A DNA stretch of 64,000 bases, taken from contig JBGANU010000008.1 of assembly GCA_044222145.1 (NCBI GenBank), positions 18,216 through 82,215 on the forward strand, read 5' to 3'. Shown here piece by piece: positions 44,750-54,846 of the stretch. The first letter of the stretch is position 1. Every line of letters starts with the position of its first letter. A program made the translations under genes and the position numbers. The notes beneath the pieces are model-generated. The model was not told the origin of the DNA, made no database searches, and was given only the letters and a program-made list of their open reading frames with translations. Origin of the DNA: Cyclobacteriaceae bacterium (GTDB lineage: Bacteria; Bacteroidota; Bacteroidia; Cytophagales; Cyclobacteriaceae).

Positions 44750-47191
44750 CTTATTTAAAGTCACGCTTTCATTTTTTCCGCGCAACCTCACTTCTACTTT
44801 CAGATTGGCTTCTTTGTCTGCTGTTGAAAACTTGCAATCAACAGTGATCAAATTTTCACCCGCGTTGATTTTAAAATCGGAGAGGTCCATAGTATATTTT
44901 CGAATGATCTGCCAGTTGGAATTGAATAAAATCATTTCGTTACCGTCAGTATATTTGAGTGTCTCGCCTCGTTTTATAGTGACTGGAATCTGTATTTCTT
45001 TGTAATTATTTATTCCGATCGTAATTCCACTTACATCACATGCAGTTGCGGTCAATGCGAAATTGACAACTTGCTCATCTCCTGAATTATTCAATTTGAA
45101 AGTGGAATGCAAGGGCTCTCCGGGTTGTCTTACCTTTTTTTCATGTGTGAAGATGGCTGAATAGATCTCTTGCCAGTTCCACTGACTTTCGTTGATTTTT
45201 TTAATCGTAAATTCTTTGTCAGGTTTTCTCATAGTCTCTTTCTGTATCTCGGAAAAAGAGTTTGAAAGTCTTAATTTTTCCCAATCACCGATCAGCTTCA
45301 GGATTTTTTCTGAATTGCCATTTTGATTAAACGTTGATAGATCGGCCACCAAAGCATAGCCAGCATCATAGCCCGCAGATTTTGCCAACATCCATTCCAT
45401 GTCTTCAACACTGGTTTCCGGAGTCATTTTAAACCAACCCAACATGCCCGGCATAAAATTTCTTTTAAAATAGGCTTGATTATTAAATCGGTACTCGGTT
45501 TGGCTTTCCCGAAAACCTGCATACCAGGGTTCACCCCAGTTCATACGCGTGTAGATATGCCAAAAAAAGTGTGTGGTGCGACTCGCATCTATTATCAGAT
45601 CATTTTTCAATTCATCTGATAAGTTGGTATACCAGGTATAGGGCATTAACGATTCGCCATAGGTACCCAAACCCGTAGAGCGGTTTCCTTCCAGCCCATC
45701 AAAAGAAATTTGACGTAAGCCCGTTTGGTTGTATAAACGCGCCAACGTCACTGACATTTCTTTGGTCAAGTCGGCATCGGTTAAAAATACTTTGTAGCCA
45801 TGATCTAAAAGCTTGGAAATTTTATCGCCCGATTTGTGATGACTAGCCTTCGTGCCAAACGCCCCACGTTGGCAATCCAATAATCGCCACGGAGTTTCTT
45901 GCGACACACTTCCATAGCGTATAAGTTCTTCACCAATCATGACGGTCTTTAAATTGTTATTCTTCATTTGATTGAAAAAATCGGGAGCCTCGATACTGAT
46001 TTCAGTAGTTTTTGCTCCAATGTCATTTACAAGGATGGAACTACCCACTTTGGCGAGTCGGTTATCAGGAATCGGTGTTACGTAGGGGTCGTTGGTTGTG
46101 ATAAAATTTGACAGGCAATGGGTGCCCATTTTAATACCGTGTGCTGCTGCTTTCTCTACGCAATTTTTTAGTCCCTCTACACCATTTGGAAATTCGTCTT
46201 TGTATAAATCGAAATGTCCCCAGTTCTCAAACGTCTTTCCGTAGTGATAGAGATATTTCAATCCGGCTCTTTTCGTTAGTGCGATAGCTTCCTCCACGTT
46301 CGCTTCTGTAAATGAAGTGATGAGATAGGCTGCAGCAGCGTTACGATTTGTTTTCGTCCATTGGCCATCCATCATTGGGTGGGGCAGGCCCTCAGCGATT
46401 TCAATTGCACCGATTGTTTCTAATGCCTTTGATTCATGACTTCCAAACAGTGCTATTTTAGATCCTATTACTCCACCGTCATCATAAGGTGGGGCAATAA
46501 TTTTTGTGTGATCTACATCGGCATATATTCTTTCGGTGTTTCGATTTCTGCAATAAGCTTGCAAGCTACTACCATTGGGCAACGGCATTGCCGCCTCCAC
46601 TCTGTACAGCACACTGCCGTCTGATTGGGGATGCATCTTGTTGGGTTCTGCTTCTTTGAAAATGTCGAACTCGGGCATGCGATCACTTTCATTCCAGGGG
46701 TATCCGCCAAGGGTTTTGATATTCAATGCTTGTATGCCAATCGCAAAATTATCATCGCGAACCACGCCAACAGTTTCACTGATGGTTTTCTGGATGGAGG
46801 TAGGGTATGGCCCCCAGACAATTAATTCTACCTTGTCATTATTGGTTAGGGACAGCAGTTCGAAAGTAAAGTGTGTTCCTTTGTTTTCAATTTTGATCGT
46901 TGCAACTACATCGTTTTTAAAATCCAACGTGATGATGTTGTCGTTTGCCGAAGCGGACGTTGGCTGGAGAATTTGATTCTTAACGCGCACAGTCATCAAG
47001 GGCGCCAGTGTATCGCTTAGTCGGTAATCAGTTCCTGTGCGCGCATCAATGAGGTTAACAAATGATCCCTTGTCATTTAAAGTTAATTTGAATGACTCTG
47101 TTGACAGTTCAATAATGATGTTATCGGTCTTTGTCGAACAGGAGAAAATGATAATACTTAATACAAACGAGAGTGCCGAGAGTTGTTTCAT
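44744..47191 (-). CDS. Large (815-aa) lipoprotein of unknown function (possibly glycosidase-like)
   Basis: It has a lipobox (IIFSCSTK). The ORF is long and clean. The functional guess rests only on a TIM-barrel-like central region and is weak. Confidence 0.8.
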   Translation of the reverse strand: MKQLSALSFVLSIIIFSCSTKTDNIIIELSTESFKLTLNDKGSFVNLIDARTGTDYRLSDTLAPLMTVRVKNQILQPTSASANDNIITLDFKNDVVATIKIENKGTHFTFELLSLTNNDKVELIVWGPYPTSIQKTISETVGVVRDDNFAIGIQALNIKTLGGYPWNESDRMPEFDIFKEAEPNKMHPQSDGSVLYRVEAAMPLPNGSSLQAYCRNRNTERIYADVDHTKIIAPPYDDGGVIGSKIALFGSHESKALETIGAIEIAEGLPHPMMDGQWTKTNRNAAAAYLITSFTEANVEEAIALTKRAGLKYLYHYGKTFENWGHFDLYKDEFPNGVEGLKNCVEKAAAHGIKMGTHCLSNFITTNDPYVTPIPDNRLAKVGSSILVNDIGAKTTEISIEAPDFFNQMKNNNLKTVMIGEELIRYGSVSQETPWRLLDCQRGAFGTKASHHKSGDKISKLLDHGYKVFLTDADLTKEMSVTLARLYNQTGLRQISFDGLEGNRSTGLGTYGESLMPYTWYTNLSDELKNDLIIDASRTTHFFWHIYTRMNWGEPWYAGFRESQTEYRFNNQAYFKRNFMPGMLGWFKMTPETSVEDMEWMLAKSAGYDAGYALVADLSTFNQNGNSEKILKLIGDWEKLRLSNSFSEIQKETMRKPDKEFTIKKINESQWNWQEIYSAIFTHEKKVRQPGEPLHSTFKLNNSGDEQVVNFALTATACDVSGITIGINNYKEIQIPVTIKRGETLKYTDGNEMILFNSNWQIIRKYTMDLSDFKINAGENLITVDCKFSTADKEANLKVEVRLRGKNESVTLNKP

Positions 47192-47399
47192 TTTATACGA
47201 TGGATTTGATTGCTGGTGCCATCGGATAAATATAAGGAATGGATTCTATTGTAGTTGTAAAGCTTTTGTCAAGCGCGCGTCAGCACCCAAACCTTCAAAG
47301 GTCTACCAACATCTCATTTAAGTTTTCCAAGCTTAGAAATTTTACAATCGCGGGCTTTTTAGCCGAGGTTTGTTTACGGCAACATAGCCAACCCGAGCA

Positions 47400-47876
47400 C
47401 TACAAACTGTTTCCTGATTTATACTCCTTCTTTTTCACGTCTGGCCAAAGCTGATCGGCTTTCTTAAGGAGGCGGTCTTCATTTTTGTTCCAGGTCTCTA
47501 TGGAGTTGATCTTGCGTCCACCGGTGTTTCCGTGAAAGAATAGGTATAATTTTCCATCCGTGATTTTAAAGGTTTGCGGATCGATGGAAATCTTTTTGCC
47601 ATAGCTCACCGCCAACGCACAATAGCCTTCATACTGCGGCAGGTATTTTTCAGGAGAGGCCTCAAATAGCTGTTGATTCTCTTTGGTGGTAAAGTAATAG
47701 GTGGTTGCATTCAAAATTGTTTTAATGCTCTCGCTTCCTTTTACGGCCTTGCCATTTTCAAAATAGGAGACCAGATCATAACCGCCAATGGCCAATCCAT
47801 TTTTGTCGATGGGATCAACCTGTGAAAATGACGAAAGAGAAGCTAAAACCAGAAATAATGTGATATGTGTTTTCAT
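47400..47876 (-). CDS. YHS domain protein, secreted
   Basis: It has a signal peptide, GLAIGGYDLVSYF and EGYCALAVS, which is typical of YHS-domain proteins. Confidence 0.8.
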   Translation of the reverse strand: MKTHITLFLVLASLSSFSQVDPIDKNGLAIGGYDLVSYFENGKAVKGSESIKTILNATTYYFTTKENQQLFEASPEKYLPQYEGYCALAVSYGKKISIDPQTFKITDGKLYLFFHGNTGGRKINSIETWNKNEDRLLKKADQLWPDVKKKEYKSGNSL

Positions 47877-47980
47877 GTTGTTGGGTTATGCGATCATCAA
47901 CACGAAGTGCTATGAAACGTTCGCCTGAAAATGTCGCTGCGGTGACAGAACGCAATTCAGGTAAAGCCGAAGTATCAAAA
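47877..47980 (-). promoter_or_regulatory. Conserved leader of the YHS gene (copy B), candidate regulatory RNA or operator region
   Basis: It is duplicated at 44648-44749. It contains TATGAAACGTT (47911-47921) and potential pairings CCUGAA/UUCAGG and GCGUUC/GAACGU. Confidence 0.4.
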
Positions 47981-47989
47981 TTTTGGAAA

Positions 47990-48187
47990 CTATTGACAAA
48001 CCCAGCTGTTCACGCCCCCATGTCCTGAGCAGGCATCCGTGCCGGTAGAGGTGGTGGTGGTATTGTCGTTGCACACTGCCCCGATTCGTACACAACTAGC
48101 AGGCGTTGCGGGCGGCACATTGGGAGGCGGGTCTCGTTGAATGCAACTCGGAACAAAAAACATGAAAAGAAAAACCCATCTGTTCAT
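47990..48187 (-). CDS. DUF3761-like small lipoprotein
   Basis: It has a lipobox (FVPSCIQ) and the motif CNDNTTTTSTGTDACSGHGGVNSW, which resembles C.DG..S.S....G.CS.HGGV..W. Confidence 0.6.
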   Translation of the reverse strand: MNRWVFLFMFFVPSCIQRDPPPNVPPATPASCVRIGAVCNDNTTTTSTGTDACSGHGGVNSWVCQ

Positions 48188-48254
48188 CGTATTTCCAATT
48201 TAAAGATTTCAAATTTTATTTTGAAATGATAAATCGGAGACGGCTATCTTTCGG

Positions 48255-48593
48255 ATGAACAGTAGTATGGAAAACACGGTTAAAATTTTTGGTGAGCCAA
48301 TCGATGAACAAACCCGATGTGTGCACTATCATTCACCGAACGATATCATTGCCATTAAATTCAGATGCTGCGACAGGTATTATCCATGTTATTCCTGCCA
48401 CGAGGAAACAGCCAATCACAACGTTCAACAATGGGCAAAGCCCGACTGGAATGCAAAAGCAATTTTGTGCGGCAATTGCAAACATGAACTTACCATCAAC
48501 GAGTATATGAATTCGAACAATCGATGCCCCGATTGCGGAGCATCATTTAATCCCAACTGCAGCCGGCATTATCATTTGTATTTTGAAATATAA
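48255..48593 (+). CDS. CHY-type zinc-finger protein
   Basis: It has the motifs CVHYHSPNDIIAIKFRCCDRYYPCYSCHEE and CGNC...CPDCG. Confidence 0.8.
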   Translation: MNSSMENTVKIFGEPIDEQTRCVHYHSPNDIIAIKFRCCDRYYPCYSCHEETANHNVQQWAKPDWNAKAILCGNCKHELTINEYMNSNNRCPDCGASFNPNCSRHYHLYFEI

Positions 48594-48600
48594 TGCAGGA

Positions 48601-48948
48601 TTACGAAATAACTGATCGCTGGGGCTTTCTGCTTTTTTCCCATGCCTTCATCTTTCGGATCATCGCCTTTTCATGGGTGGTAAATGCCTCTGGCTTTCTC
48701 TCCTTATTAATATCCTGATGATAATCTTCCACACTGTTATAAAAGTGCAATCGATATTTAAAGATTGTTTTGGAGCCAATCGCTTTTTTAAAGTCGCGAA
48801 GTTTGGCGGAATCGTTTACCCAATAAAGTGCCAATTCGGGTTCATCGCTCGAACCCGGCAAAAAAGAAAATCCTGACTTCCCCAATTGGTGAAGCACCTC
48901 TTGTTCAAAATCCGGTTTGCCTGAAATATATAATGTTACCCAACCCAT
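48601..48948 (-). CDS. Hypothetical protein (115 aa)
   Basis: This is a clean ORF with no recognised motif. Confidence 0.5.
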   Translation of the reverse strand: MGWVTLYISGKPDFEQEVLHQLGKSGFSFLPGSSDEPELALYWVNDSAKLRDFKKAIGSKTIFKYRLHFYNSVEDYHQDINKERKPEAFTTHEKAMIRKMKAWEKSRKPQRSVIS

Positions 48949-49217
48949 ACTTTACGTCTACTTAAATAAGAACTGCTGCGTGATTTAGTCTGTATTCTGA
49001 TAAAACTCAGAATCTGATTCTGTCAAACGATGCTTTTAAAAAATTTAATGAAATCAACATGATTCACCAGAACGCTTAAAAAATTGCAGTCTGCTCGGTT
49101 AACGATGAAAATGGCCGTTAGGTTCGAAACGTACGCGATGGTGCTGAAAGAGCGAAAATAGGGTTGGTAACTTTATTCTATTATCTTTGTGTCATTATTT
49201 TTAACAATTAACAACAA

Positions 49218-49415
49218 ATGAAAGAAGGAACAGTAAAATTCTTTAACGATGCCAAAGGTTTTGGTTTCATCAAAGAAACAGCAACAGGTCAAGAGTATTT
49301 CGTTCACATCTCAGGTCTTTTAGTAGACTCATTGAGCGAGAACGATTCAGTTACATTTGAACTGAAAGAAGGAAAGAAAGGATTGAATGCGGTTAACGTT
49401 CGTTTAACCAATTAA
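49218..49415 (+). CDS. Cold-shock protein (CspA family)
   Basis: It has GTVKFFNDAKGFGFI (RNP1) and FVHISG (RNP2). A TATCTTTG -7 box lies at 49182-49189. Confidence 0.95.
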   Translation: MKEGTVKFFNDAKGFGFIKETATGQEYFVHISGLLVDSLSENDSVTFELKEGKKGLNAVNVRLTN

Positions 49416-49432
49416 TACATACCATTTTTTCG

Positions 49433-49465
49433 AAAAGCCCCTCGATTTGTTCAGGGGCTTTTTTT
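49433..49465. terminator. Bidirectional rho-independent terminator between csp and the ydeI-like gene
   Basis: The sequence is AAAAGCCCCT-10 nt-AGGGGCTTTT followed by TTT. Confidence 0.8.
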
Positions 49466-49481
49466 ATGCCATTGCGCAAAC

Positions 49482-49994
49482 TCACACTTGATTTTTCTTT
49501 TGAAATTCGCGCACCATCTCCGGAAAACTTTGGCTTCTCGACAGCGCGTTTACGGCTCGGGCTATTCGCATCGCTTTGGTAGGTTCTGTCTTCGCACTTT
49601 CAATCCACTTGCTGAAATAATTCTGCACTGATTTCGGAATCTTGTGAAAGAAAGCAAGCGCTTTCGGATCATCCGCGAGACACGTCATAAAATCTTCCGA
49701 TAATTTCAATGGTTTGTCATCAGCCTCCAACTCCACTTTTAGCTGAGCGCCATGTCGCTTTCCAATTCCTTTGCGAATGGTGGCATTGAGTGGCATAATG
49801 AAATCACCGCCACCCATCGGCAGCAAGGCAATTGCCTTAATAGAATAGTTGTCAAGTTTTCCTTTTACCCGAAACGATTTTTTATTGTTGGGTTTCAGCT
49901 TGTGAGCAATATCAGCGGGAACGGTCATGTACGTCCATCCCGTTTTTTCTCCCTTCTTATCAAACTTCAATATCGTGGTGGTGTACTTAACCAT
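49482..49994 (-). CDS. YdeI/OmpD-associated family protein (DUF1905 plus YdeI domains)
   Basis: The N-terminus reads TTILKFDKKGEKTGWTYMTVPADIA. The C-terminus has WIESAKTEPTKAMRIARAV. Confidence 0.7.
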   Translation of the reverse strand: MVKYTTTILKFDKKGEKTGWTYMTVPADIAHKLKPNNKKSFRVKGKLDNYSIKAIALLPMGGGDFIMPLNATIRKGIGKRHGAQLKVELEADDKPLKLSEDFMTCLADDPKALAFFHKIPKSVQNYFSKWIESAKTEPTKAMRIARAVNALSRSQSFPEMVREFQKKNQV

Positions 49995-49997
49995 GGT

Positions 49998-50891
49998 TCA
50001 CCTGGATGCAACCATGTAGTCATAGATCATTTCTGAAACGTGGGCCATCGCGGCAACGCCCGCCTTTTCATCTTCCAATTCTTTAGACAGAAGCACAAGA
50101 ACATATTTTCTGCCATCGGGCAGGAATACAATTCCAGAGTCATGATGAAGTCCGGTGATCCAACCGGTTTTGTGAGCAACCTTTACATCTTTGGGCAAGT
50201 TTGCCGGAATGATATCATTATAGCGCTGGTCCAGCAGTATGTTGATCATAGCTTGTGAAGCTTCCGGACTTACTGTTTCACCCAGCGCCATTTGTTGAAA
50301 AATGATCATCAGGTCAAGTGCAGTTGTTGAGTTGTTTAATCCTTTTTCAAATGCCTTTGAATCTTCCACACCACGCAATACCTGTATGTCGTTGGCGCCT
50401 AAACTGCGCATGGTTTGCATGACGTTCTCAGCGCCCACTTTTTCAATGATCAGATTAGTGGCCAGGTTGCTGCTTACAATAATCATTTGGTACGCCAGAT
50501 CGGAAAGTGTTTTCTTCTGGCCAGCTAGTTTGTAAAGCTCTTGTTCACTGTCATCACTCGCAGAAAGACTATACGAACTGCCGTCCACAATGCTTTTGAA
50601 TTCTGTTTTGATTAAAAGCGAATCGGAAAGAGATACTCTTCCTTCTGCGGCTTGTTTGTACAATTCAATCAACACGGGTGTTTTCATGGTACTGGCCGCA
50701 TGAAACTTTTCGCGCTCGTTGATGAGTATTTGCTTTCCGGTCGTTAAGTCGATGAACGCTACTGCAAATGTTCCTTTTTGCTTACCCAGCACACTGGCAA
50801 TTTCGTCTTTCAATATCTCTTCCTTCGATCGGCAGGATGATAACGCAATTGCGATGAATACAAGTATCGTTAACGATTTTGGAATGTGCAT
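49998..50891 (-). CDS. Class A beta-lactamase-family serine hydrolase
   Basis: It has a signal or lipobox (LSSC) and the motifs ASTMK (SxxK), SSN (SxN), FEKGLN (ExxLN) and HKTGW (KTG). Confidence 0.8.
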   Translation of the reverse strand: MHIPKSLTILVFIAIALSSCRSKEEILKDEIASVLGKQKGTFAVAFIDLTTGKQILINEREKFHAASTMKTPVLIELYKQAAEGRVSLSDSLLIKTEFKSIVDGSSYSLSASDDSEQELYKLAGQKKTLSDLAYQMIIVSSNLATNLIIEKVGAENVMQTMRSLGANDIQVLRGVEDSKAFEKGLNNSTTALDLMIIFQQMALGETVSPEASQAMINILLDQRYNDIIPANLPKDVKVAHKTGWITGLHHDSGIVFLPDGRKYVLVLLSKELEDEKAGVAAMAHVSEMIYDYMVASR

Positions 50892-50936
50892 GGCAAACTT
50901 AGAATAGGAGGAAGAGATGATCAGGAGAGATAAAAA

Positions 50937-50967
50937 TGTTTCGGCCCACCGCTGGCAGGCCGAAACA
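50937..50967 (-). terminator. Rho-independent terminator after the 34-aa basic ORF
   Basis: On the minus strand the sequence reads TGTTTCGGCC-11 nt-GGCCGAAACA followed by TTTTTA. Confidence 0.6.
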
Positions 50968-50977
50968 CAGGAAGGAA

Positions 50978-51082
50978 TTAACTTCTGTTTGCTTTTTTAG
51001 CTTGCTTCTCAGCGCGCTTTTCTTTCAACGTTTTGGTAGCAGGCTTTTTAGTTTCCTTTTTTTTGTCTTGTCCTTTTGACAT
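50978..51082 (-). CDS. Possible 34-aa highly basic micro-protein
   Basis: It reads MSKGQDKKKETKKPATKTLKEKRAEKQAKKANRS. It has its own downstream terminator. It is below the ORF-track cutoff. Confidence 0.45.
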   Translation of the reverse strand: MSKGQDKKKETKKPATKTLKEKRAEKQAKKANRS

Positions 51083-51184
51083 AGCTAATAAGTTTAAGGT
51101 TTAACCAAAAATATAAAAAACGAATGAGATGATGAAATATAAAGCAATGACTAGTACGTCATCGATTACCAATCAAGACACAGT

Positions 51185-51862
51185 TCAGGACTGTCCGTAT
51201 AATTTAACTACGGCATCGCGAACCGGACTACCGCTTTGCGAACATAAGTAGGCAATCGTATCGGCAATGTCTTCGGCTCTTACCCATTTGGAAAAGTCAG
51301 CTGTGGGCATAGCTGCGCGATTGACGGGCGTATCAATAATACTTGGCACAACAACATGCGCAACAACATTGTTGTAAGCTCCTTCTGCATTAAGCATTTC
51401 GGCAAGTTTGATAACGAGCGACTTGGATAAAGCGTACGACAACGACCCTTTGCCGTCAGCGGGATTTAAAGCTGGTCGCGCGCCCATAAAAACTATCCTG
51501 CCCGATGCTTGCTTCATCATGTGTAAAAAAACAGGCCGGGCTGTGAAGTATGCTGTGTTGAAGTTGAGTGAAAACATCTTCTGAAGAGCAGTGCTGTCGG
51601 TATCGGCAATGCTTCCCATGGCAAACCCACCGACCAATAAAAGTGCAGCATCAATTTTATACGTTGCTGTTATGCTGGCGATTGCCTTTTCTGCAGACAC
51701 TTCATTGGTGAGATCAGCTTCATATGCTTCAACATTGGCGCGAGGTGTAACGGTTGCTCCCGGACTTACGGTTATCAAAACTTTGTAGCCTTCCGCTAAA
51801 AATTTATCGACACACGCTTTACCTAAATTTCCGGTGGCACCGGTGATGAGAACTGTCTTCAT
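51185..51862 (-). CDS. SDR-family NAD(P)-dependent oxidoreductase
   Basis: It has the motifs ITGATGNLG and YALSK (YxxxK). Confidence 0.85.
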   Translation of the reverse strand: MKTVLITGATGNLGKACVDKFLAEGYKVLITVSPGATVTPRANVEAYEADLTNEVSAEKAIASITATYKIDAALLLVGGFAMGSIADTDSTALQKMFSLNFNTAYFTARPVFLHMMKQASGRIVFMGARPALNPADGKGSLSYALSKSLVIKLAEMLNAEGAYNNVVAHVVVPSIIDTPVNRAAMPTADFSKWVRAEDIADTIAYLCSQSGSPVRDAVVKLYGQS

Positions 51863-51870
51863 ATGGATTG

Positions 51871-51950
51871 GTCAATGGTTAATAGTCAATGAGAATACGT
51901 CAATTTGCCGTTGAGATTTAGCCATTGACAATTGTCCATTTACTATTGAC
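51871..51950. promoter_or_regulatory. Array of five GTCAAT/ATTGAC hexamers upstream of the SDR gene
   Basis: GTCAAT occurs at 51871, 51885 and 51899, an exact 14-nt phasing. ATTGAC occurs at 51924 and 51945. Confidence 0.4.
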
Positions 51951-51953
51951 TGA

Positions 51954-53633
<1,680 letters not shown>

Positions 53634-53700
53634 CTAAGTTTTCTGCAATCTCGTATCTTTCAAAAATCAATCGTTTGTAATTTTTTTTTACCTTAACCAC

Positions 53701-54828
53701 ATGAATAGAATCATCATCACCTCACTCATTATCATTTTTTACTCTAGCTGCTCGGAAAAGAAGCAAACCGCCATGGAGACTACCAGCGACACGACTGCCA
53801 TTACACCCAAGTTGGAACTGTACACGCTTTCCAATAAAAACGGAATGAAAATGACAGTCACCAATTATGGCGGCCGAATTGTTACACTGATGGTGCCCGA
53901 CAAAAAAGGAAACTTTGGTGACGTGGTATTAGGTTTCGATTCATTGAAACAGTACCTGGAAGGGAGCCATGTTTATGGCGCACTGATTGGCCGCTATGGA
54001 AACCGAATCGCCAAGGGCAAATTCAAAATTGACAGTGCCGAGTACCAATTGGCGATTAATAATGGTGTGAATTCTTTGCACGGTGGGCCGAAAGGATTTC
54101 ACAATCAATTCTGGCAAGCAAGGCCCTTTAAGAATGGAGATGCAGATGCTCTGGAACTTATTTATAAAAGTGTGGATGGTGAAGAAGGATATCCGGGTAA
54201 CCTGGATGTGAAAGTAGTGTACACGCTCACCGATCAGAATGAAGTGGTATTGGATTATGAAGCCACTACGGATAAAGCAACCATCATCAACCTGACGCAT
54301 CATTCGTTCTTTAATCTGCAAGGCGAGGGGATAGGTGATATTTTGGGACACGAGTTTGTCATCAATGCCGATTATTTCACACCCGTTGATGACGGTCTTA
54401 TTCCAACAGGCGAAATAAAATCGGTGAAAGGAACGCCATTTGATTTCACAACAAAGCACACAGTAGGGGAGCGAATCAATAACGATGATCAGCAACTTAA
54501 ATTTGGAAAAGGTTATGATCACAACTGGGTGCTGAATAAAAAAGAAGTTGGATCACTGACATTAGCAGCTACGGTTACCGAACCGACAACCGGGAGAGTG
54601 ATGGAAGTGTTGACCACAGAACCTGCGATGCAATTTTACACCGGCAACTTTATGAACGGAAAGGATATTGGTAAAAGCGGCAAGCCGTATATGTATCGAT
54701 CTGCGTTTTGCTTAGAAACGCAACACAATCCGGATTCTCCAAATCATGATAACTTTCCAACTACGGTGCTCCGTCCCGGAGAGAAATATCAGCACAAAAC
54801 CATCTATAAGTTTTCGGTTACTAAGTAG
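53701..54828 (+). CDS. galM: Aldose 1-epimerase (galactose mutarotase) lipoprotein
   Basis: It has the motifs GRYGNRI, NSLHGG, EEGYPGN and THHSFFNL, which are typical of the family. Confidence 0.85.
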   Translation: MNRIIITSLIIIFYSSCSEKKQTAMETTSDTTAITPKLELYTLSNKNGMKMTVTNYGGRIVTLMVPDKKGNFGDVVLGFDSLKQYLEGSHVYGALIGRYGNRIAKGKFKIDSAEYQLAINNGVNSLHGGPKGFHNQFWQARPFKNGDADALELIYKSVDGEEGYPGNLDVKVVYTLTDQNEVVLDYEATTDKATIINLTHHSFFNLQGEGIGDILGHEFVINADYFTPVDDGLIPTGEIKSVKGTPFDFTTKHTVGERINNDDQQLKFGKGYDHNWVLNKKEVGSLTLAATVTEPTTGRVMEVLTTEPAMQFYTGNFMNGKDIGKSGKPYMYRSAFCLETQHNPDSPNHDNFPTTVLRPGEKYQHKTIYKFSVTK

Positions 54829-54846
54829 AGAGTGAGAGTACTCAAT

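Noticed and set aside
44586-45005. A 139-aa plus-strand ORF spans the relic leader and the 3' end of the 815-aa gene.
   Set aside because: It is antisense to a strong long ORF and to the conserved leader. Its sequence looks like a shadow frame.
47910-48095. A 61-aa minus-strand ORF overlaps the DUF3761-like gene in another frame.
   Set aside because: The 47990-48187 frame has a lipoprotein signal and the DUF3761-like Cys motif. The alternative frame has none, and it would run into the conserved YHS leader.
48949-49217. I considered a long cspA-type 5' UTR or cold-box thermosensor.
   Set aside because: A good TAnnTTTG -7 box (TATCTTTG, 49182-49189) lies only about 30 nt before the ATG, which implies a short leader. 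The E. coli model cannot be transferred from sequence alone.
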